From Vicinamibacteria bacterium (GTDB taxonomy: Bacteria; Acidobacteriota; Vicinamibacteria; Marinacidobacterales; SMYC01), in the NCBI GenBank assembly GCA_035620555.1, contig DASPGQ010000226.1, forward strand, positions 1-61,605: a DNA stretch of 61,605 nucleotides, given 5' to 3'. A model generated the notes under the pieces. That model did not search any database and was not told where the DNA came from. It saw only the letters and a list, made by a program, of their open reading frames with translations. The translations under genes and the position numbers were made by a program. Of this stretch, positions 56,687-61,605 are shown one piece after another (the stretch's first letter is position 1; the number at the start of each line of letters is the position of its first letter).

Positions 56687-57934
56687 TCAGAAACTGGGCC
56701 CGCCGCCTATATGGAAGCGGAACCCCTCCAGGCTGTGGGCGAGGTCGAATCTCAGGACGAATCCCGCTGGGGCGTGGGCTCTGAGACCGAATCCGTAGCC
56801 CGTGTGCATCTTGTCGAAGTTGAAGTCGTCGCTGTCGCGGAAGACTTTGCCGGCGTCGAAGAACAACGTGCAATCGACATAAGGCAAGACCTCCCATCGA
56901 TACTCGGCGCTAACCAGGAGGTTTCGGGTATCTCGGAAACGGTACTCGCGAAAGCCGCGAACGGTCGCGGCACCTCCCATCGTCTCCATGAGATAGAAGG
57001 GCACGCTCTTGCCGCCCGCAGGGAGTGAGTGCGACGAATAGACGCGGAGAGCCAGGATCCGATTGCGATGGCCAAGGGGAACGTAGCCCTTGATGTCGCC
57101 GATCACGCGAGTGAAGTCGTACAGACTCAAACCCGTGTCCTCGTAGTGGAGCCCCGTGACCCGGGCGACGATTCCCACTGGTGGGGACCCCCATTTCTCG
57201 CGGATGTCGAACTCGACCCACCCGCCGGTAACGGAGTACTGAGTTCTCGGATCGCCGAAACCGGGCACTCCCGCGGGGTCGAAGACCTCCTCGAGGGATC
57301 GATCGGCATCGCCCGAGTCGGTTCGCGTCTGGAAGTAGCCCGCCTGAGCCCCGAAGGACAGGAGACCCCGAGGGTTGAGCCAGACATAGGCCGTGCCACC
57401 CTGATCGTTGAGAAGGTAGGTCGAGCGATCGTCCACGCTCGAGTCGTTGCCGAGACCGTAGAACCGAAGGGATGTGAAATCCCGGTACTCGGCGCGGAAC
57501 TTGAGCTCGATGCGTCTGCCCACGTGAGGAGGTGGGACGACGACCTCGGCGTCCGCCATCGTGAAACCCCTCGTCGAGTAGCGCCCGTTGAGCTGGAACT
57601 GGAAGTACTGGTTCTCGAGTCCGTGAACGTAACCGCCTCCGAGGACGAAGCCGGACCCCGAGGGCATGCCTCCGATGACGGGGCGAAAACCTTGCCATCC
57701 CTTGACAAAGATATTCTGGGGGAACTTCGCCTTCTCGAGACCACGCACCCGGGCTTCCAGGGGGGAGATCCGATAGGGCTCGAGCTCTCGCGCCTTCTCC
57801 CGACGCTTCTCGAGGAGTATCTCCTGGCGGCTCTGGGCGGACGACGTGGAAGGAGCAAGGCCGACGACCGAAACCGCACATCCGACCAAGAGAAACAGAC
57901 GCGAAAAGGCACTCGAACCGGCACGGGGGACCAT
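56687..57934 (-). CDS. Omp85/BamA-family outer-membrane beta-barrel without POTRA domains
   Basis: Signal peptide ...LFLLVGCAVSVVGLAPSTSSA. Short helical N-terminal region, then a barrel with the typical tail: GGAATVRGFREYRFRD...LFFDAGKVF...GYGFGLRAHAPAGFVLRFDLAHS...GGGPSF (terminal Phe). Confidence 0.75.
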   Translation of the reverse strand: MVPRAGSSAFSRLFLLVGCAVSVVGLAPSTSSAQSRQEILLEKRREKARELEPYRISPLEARVRGLEKAKFPQNIFVKGWQGFRPVIGGMPSGSGFVLGGGYVHGLENQYFQFQLNGRYSTRGFTMADAEVVVPPPHVGRRIELKFRAEYRDFTSLRFYGLGNDSSVDDRSTYLLNDQGGTAYVWLNPRGLLSFGAQAGYFQTRTDSGDADRSLEEVFDPAGVPGFGDPRTQYSVTGGWVEFDIREKWGSPPVGIVARVTGLHYEDTGLSLYDFTRVIGDIKGYVPLGHRNRILALRVYSSHSLPAGGKSVPFYLMETMGGAATVRGFREYRFRDTRNLLVSAEYRWEVLPYVDCTLFFDAGKVFRDSDDFNFDKMHTGYGFGLRAHAPAGFVLRFDLAHSLEGFRFHIGGGPSF

Positions 57935-57997
57935 AAGGGCGGGGGATCATAACATGCCTGGAAGTCTCATCGAGAACCTGATAACAAGAAGCGCTTC

Positions 57998-60766
57998 ATG
58001 CCTTTCTTGCGACTCGTGAACGTCCACCCCGGTGAGGGTCGTCGTGTCTTCGGGATGTTTGCCCTTCTCGGGCTCATCATCGCCACGAGCTACATCTTGA
58101 AGCCGGTTCGGAGCTCTGTTTTTCTGAGCCAGTTCGGCGCCGAGAGACTTCCCTACGTCTATCTCCTGGTAGCCCTGGTGCTCGGATTCGTCGCCGCGGG
58201 GTTCGCCAGGCTTTCCTCGCGCACGAACGTGGTTCGGCTCTTCGTCGGTGCCGCGGCGTTGTTCGCTTCCCACATCGTCCTGTTCTGGATCGCCCTCGTG
58301 ATGGATTGGATTTGGACGGGATTCGTCTTCTACGTCTGGGTGAGCATCTTTACGGCGCTCATGCCGTCACTGTTTTGGCTCCTCGCGAACTACGTCTTCT
58401 ACTCCAACGAGGGCCGACGCCTGTTTCCGGTGGTCATGGCGGGAGGGCTGCTCGGTTCCATTGCCGGCGGGGCGCTCACGTCGCTCCTCGTACCCGTCGT
58501 GGGAACATCCGGATTACTTCTTTCCGCGGCCGGTCTCCTGATCCTCGTCGCGTTCCTCGTTCGCTGGAACGTGGCCCGAGAGGCGGAGCGCATCACCGAG
58601 CGTCGCTTCGACCTCGCTCGGAGCGAGCGAAGCCACGCCGTCTCGGATGAATCGAGTCCCCTGGCGCTCGTCGCCCGGTCGCGCTACCTCAGACTCCTCG
58701 CCGCCCTCATCGTGCTTGCGACTCTGGTCTCCACGCTGGTCGACTACCAGTTCAACGTTGCCGCCGAGGACAGCTTCCCGACCCGAGACGCGCTCACTCG
58801 GTTCTTCGGAACGTTCTTCGCAGGGATCAACGTCGTGGCTTTCGCACTCCAGCTGCTCGTGGCAGGACGACTGCTCGGGCGGTTCGGGGTCGCCGCCGGT
58901 CTCGTTCTGCTACCCGCGGCTCTGCTCGGGAGCTCCTTGTTTCTTTTCGCCATGCCGTCGCTTGTGAGTGCCGCGCTCGTCAAGGCCTCCGATGACGGTC
59001 TCAGCAACTCGGTGAATCGGGCAAGTGTGGAGATCTTGTATCTGCCCGTCTCCCTGGCGTTGAAGAATCGGCTCAAGGCGTGGCTCGACATGTTCGTCGA
59101 GCGCGTCAGCCGCGGCCTGGGTGGCCTCACCTTGCTGGCCGCGACGACCCTGCTGTCGATGCCGCCAACTCAGATCGGGCTCCTCGTCGCTTTCCTGACC
59201 GTTCCCTGGCTCGTTCTCGTCGTGTGGTTGAACCGCGAGTACGTGAACACCTTTCGTGACTCCATCGCGCGACGAGACATCACCGACCTCACGGCGCACC
59301 TGACCGACCCCGCGAGTCTGTCCGTTTTCCAACAGGTCCTCGCGGGCGACGATACCCGGGAGATCCTGTACGCTCTCGAGCTTCTCGCCGGAACCGAGGA
59401 TGAGCTGCTGCTGCGACAGGCGGCGAGCTTGACGGATCATCCGAGCGCGGAAATCCGAAGAGCCGCATTCCGGCTGCTGCGCGGGGCGGCGGCTTCGCCG
59501 ATCGACCAGCTGGAACGCCGCGTCCTGGACGAAGAGCCACGGGTGGCGGCCGAGGCATTTGCGCTCTTCCTTCGCGTCGATCCCGACGGCGCCAATCGTA
59601 CGCTCGACTTCGTGATCGAGCGAAACGACGTCGAGAGAATCCGGGCAGTACTCGATTGTCTCGAGCAGTCGGAGACGACCCTTTCCGACCTCGTGCTCGA
59701 GCGCATCGTTCGCGACCGCGTGTACGATGAGACGGCCGGGGCGCGAATGCTGGCAGCACAAGCCCTCGGATTCTTGACGACGCCGCCCGACGCGCTCCCG
59801 AGCTGGCTGGTGAGATTACTGGGCGACCCGGACATCGAAGTCGCGCGCCGCGCCGCCCGCAGCGCCGGCCGGTTGCGCGTCACCGAGGCTTTCCCTGCAC
59901 TGGTCGAGCAGCTTCGCCGGCCTCCGCTCCGGGTCGAGGCGCGACGGGCTCTCGCTAGGTACGGGCCCGAGGCTCTCGACGGGCTCTCGGGTTTGCTTCG
60001 GGACGACACTCAGGAAATCGATCTTCGCCGGGCCATTCCTCAGGCGGTCGCGGAGATCGACGGGCAGGACGGAGTCGAGGTGCTGTTCGACATCCTCCCT
60101 CAGGACGATCAGCGCCTCCATTATCAAGCCATCAAAGGACTTTCCAAGCTTCGATCGCGCAATCCCACCTTGCGCTTCCCCCGTACCGAGGTCGAGCGCC
60201 TCGTCGAGCACGAGCGGGCCGCGCTCCTCGATCTCGCGCGCCTCACGGCGTCGATTCGCCGTTACCCGCCCGAAGAGGGCACGAGCCATGCGCTCCTGCT
60301 CCTCGTCCTCGACGAGCGCATCGAGTTCACCCGAGAACGGATCTTTCGCCTCCTCGGTCTTCAGTATGCCCAAGGCGAGATCGCGAGCGTCTTCAACCGC
60401 CTGGCGCACGCGCGACCGGCGATCCGCTCCGCCGCGCTCGAGTACCTCGCCAATCTGCTGTCGAAGAGCCATCGACGCAGCCTGTTGCCTCTGCTCGAGG
60501 CGGAGAGCTCACCTTCGATCTACCGGCACGGCCTCGAGCTCACGGGGGTTCGTGCTCCCGCGTTTGCCGAAGCATTGGGGCGACTCGCGCTCTCCACCGA
60601 CGACTGGCTCGCGGCATGCGCCATCACTGTGGCGGGTGACAAGGGCCTGGCGGCGAGCCTCCCCGGGCTCGAGGAGCTACGGGAGCACAAGTCGCCTCGG
60701 GTTCGCGAGGCGGTGAAGCATGCCGTGAAGCCCGCTTTGGGCTCACGCGGCCCGGGTCGGCCTTGA
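57998..60766 (+). CDS. TLC/Npt-like (ATP:ADP-antiporter-family MFS) membrane domain fused to C-terminal HEAT repeats, paralog 2
   Basis: FYVWVSIFTALMPSLFWLLANYVFYSNEGRRLFPVVMAGGLLGSIAGG (TLC-type signature region). About 11-12 TM helices. C-terminal HEAT-like repeats (SAEIRRAAFRLL, DIEVARRAARSAGRL, RPAIRSAALEYLANL, SPRVREAVKHAV). Confidence 0.75.
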   Translation: MPFLRLVNVHPGEGRRVFGMFALLGLIIATSYILKPVRSSVFLSQFGAERLPYVYLLVALVLGFVAAGFARLSSRTNVVRLFVGAAALFASHIVLFWIALVMDWIWTGFVFYVWVSIFTALMPSLFWLLANYVFYSNEGRRLFPVVMAGGLLGSIAGGALTSLLVPVVGTSGLLLSAAGLLILVAFLVRWNVAREAERITERRFDLARSERSHAVSDESSPLALVARSRYLRLLAALIVLATLVSTLVDYQFNVAAEDSFPTRDALTRFFGTFFAGINVVAFALQLLVAGRLLGRFGVAAGLVLLPAALLGSSLFLFAMPSLVSAALVKASDDGLSNSVNRASVEILYLPVSLALKNRLKAWLDMFVERVSRGLGGLTLLAATTLLSMPPTQIGLLVAFLTVPWLVLVVWLNREYVNTFRDSIARRDITDLTAHLTDPASLSVFQQVLAGDDTREILYALELLAGTEDELLLRQAASLTDHPSAEIRRAAFRLLRGAAASPIDQLERRVLDEEPRVAAEAFALFLRVDPDGANRTLDFVIERNDVERIRAVLDCLEQSETTLSDLVLERIVRDRVYDETAGARMLAAQALGFLTTPPDALPSWLVRLLGDPDIEVARRAARSAGRLRVTEAFPALVEQLRRPPLRVEARRALARYGPEALDGLSGLLRDDTQEIDLRRAIPQAVAEIDGQDGVEVLFDILPQDDQRLHYQAIKGLSKLRSRNPTLRFPRTEVERLVEHERAALLDLARLTASIRRYPPEEGTSHALLLLVLDERIEFTRERIFRLLGLQYAQGEIASVFNRLAHARPAIRSAALEYLANLLSKSHRRSLLPLLEAESSPSIYRHGLELTGVRAPAFAEALGRLALSTDDWLAACAITVAGDKGLAASLPGLEELREHKSPRVREAVKHAVKPALGSRGPGRP

Positions 60767-60809
60767 CAGGGCAAAACCGAGTGAGGTATCCGTCGCCTGG
60801 AGGTCGAAG

Positions 60810-61605
60810 ATGAGGTGCTGGATTGTTGCGGCGCTCATCGCCTTCACCGGCGGACTTCTCCGAGCGCAGGAGTCACACGTCGTCATCGTCTCGATCGAGG
60901 GTTTTGCCGCTGCTCGGCTCGAGGATTCGGAGCTGGAGCTTCCCAACCTGAGGGGAATCACGCGGTCGGGCGCCCGGGCCGAGGGCATGGAGACCGTCTA
61001 CCCCGCGACCGACCATCCCGCTCACGTCTCTCTCGTGACCGGTGTGCCGCCACGCCAGCATGGGGTCCTCGGCAACCGGCTCTTGAACCGCAGGACCGGA
61101 GAGTATTTTCACGTCACGAACCTGCCCCGGTCGAAAAGCATCCGGGTACCCACGCTGTTCGACGCCGCCAAGGCGAAGGGGCTGCGCACGGCATCGTTCT
61201 TCTGGCCGGGAACTCGCGACGACCCCGCCATCGACCACGCCATCCCCCTGGTCCTGACCGGCGAGGGAAAGGCAGATATCGCCGGGGCGAATCCGCAGTT
61301 TCTGGACGAGCTTCGCGAAAACGGAGTGCCCATCGATTTGTTCTACCAATGGTACGACGACCTCGCGCTGCAGCAGACGGCGGACAGGGTCTTGACGCGG
61401 GCAGCGATCTACGTGCTCACGACTTACCGGCCCCACCTCCTCCTGCTGCGCCTGCCGGCTCCGGACCGCTACCAACATCAGTACGGCCCGCAGCATTACC
61501 TGTCCAAGGCGGCGCTCACGGCGTCGGACTACAATGTCGGACTCGTCCGACGCGCCATCGAAGACTCGGGCCTCGCCAATCAGACGACACTCGTGGTGGT
61601 GTCCG
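60810..61605 (+). CDS. Exported alkaline-phosphatase-superfamily enzyme, nucleotide pyrophosphatase/phosphodiesterase (NPP) type; runs off the right edge
   Basis: Not in the track (no stop within the window). My translation from ATG 60810 (GGAGG 6 nt upstream): MRCWIVAALIAFTGGLLRAQESHVVIVSIEGFAAARL...METVYPATDHPAHVSLVTGVPPRQHGVLGN...ASFFWPG. The P-x-T-x-P-x-H...TG..P..HG..N pattern is typical of the type I phosphodiesterase/NPP family. Confidence 0.7.
   Translation, partial: MRCWIVAALIAFTGGLLRAQESHVVIVSIEGFAAARLEDSELELPNLRGITRSGARAEGMETVYPATDHPAHVSLVTGVPPRQHGVLGNRLLNRRTGEYFHVTNLPRSKSIRVPTLFDAAKAKGLRTASFFWPGTRDDPAIDHAIPLVLTGEGKADIAGANPQFLDELRENGVPIDLFYQWYDDLALQQTADRVLTRAAIYVLTTYRPHLLLLRLPAPDRYQHQYGPQHYLSKAALTASDYNVGLVRRAIEDSGLANQTTLVVVS

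Overview
High-GC bacterial chromosomal segment. The gene content points to Acidobacteriota or a close relative: an orphan ADOP-type duplicated FtsX permease, a GWxTD protein, CarboxypepD_reg-type outer-membrane proteins, a TolB-propeller Ser/Thr kinase and many TPR proteins. I call 47 protein genes (2 cut by the window edges), 3 tRNAs, one dispersed double-hairpin repeat family, and several candidate promoters and operators. Most of the window is housekeeping: dprA-topA-trmFO-xerC, serS, galU, hemE-hemY, eno, gpmA, pckA, and an NrtR-controlled NAD salvage operon nrtR-pncA-pncB-nadE. I saw no CRISPR array, IS element, prophage or integrase-bounded island. Many long ORFs in the track are antisense shadows or 5' over-extensions typical of high-GC DNA; I trimmed or rejected them. 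Ranked leads: (1) 55.0-61.6 kb, a divergent locus where a POTRA-less Omp85-like barrel plus an apparently exported protein-kinase-fold protein faces a TLC/Npt-type nucleotide carrier fused to HEAT repeats plus an exported NPP phosphodiesterase. (2) 44.5-49.3 kb, a second TLC-HEAT paralog preceded by a stand-alone cNMP-binding protein and facing a degenerate-GGDEF/EAL protein. (3) 29-35.5 kb, an operon of a PDZ-sensor histidine kinase, a sigma-54 activator, a GWxTD protein and a thioesterase, with a sigma-54-like promoter upstream. (4) An 83-89 bp double-hairpin repeat present at two loci. All functional calls rest on motifs I read in the translations; I ran no database search.
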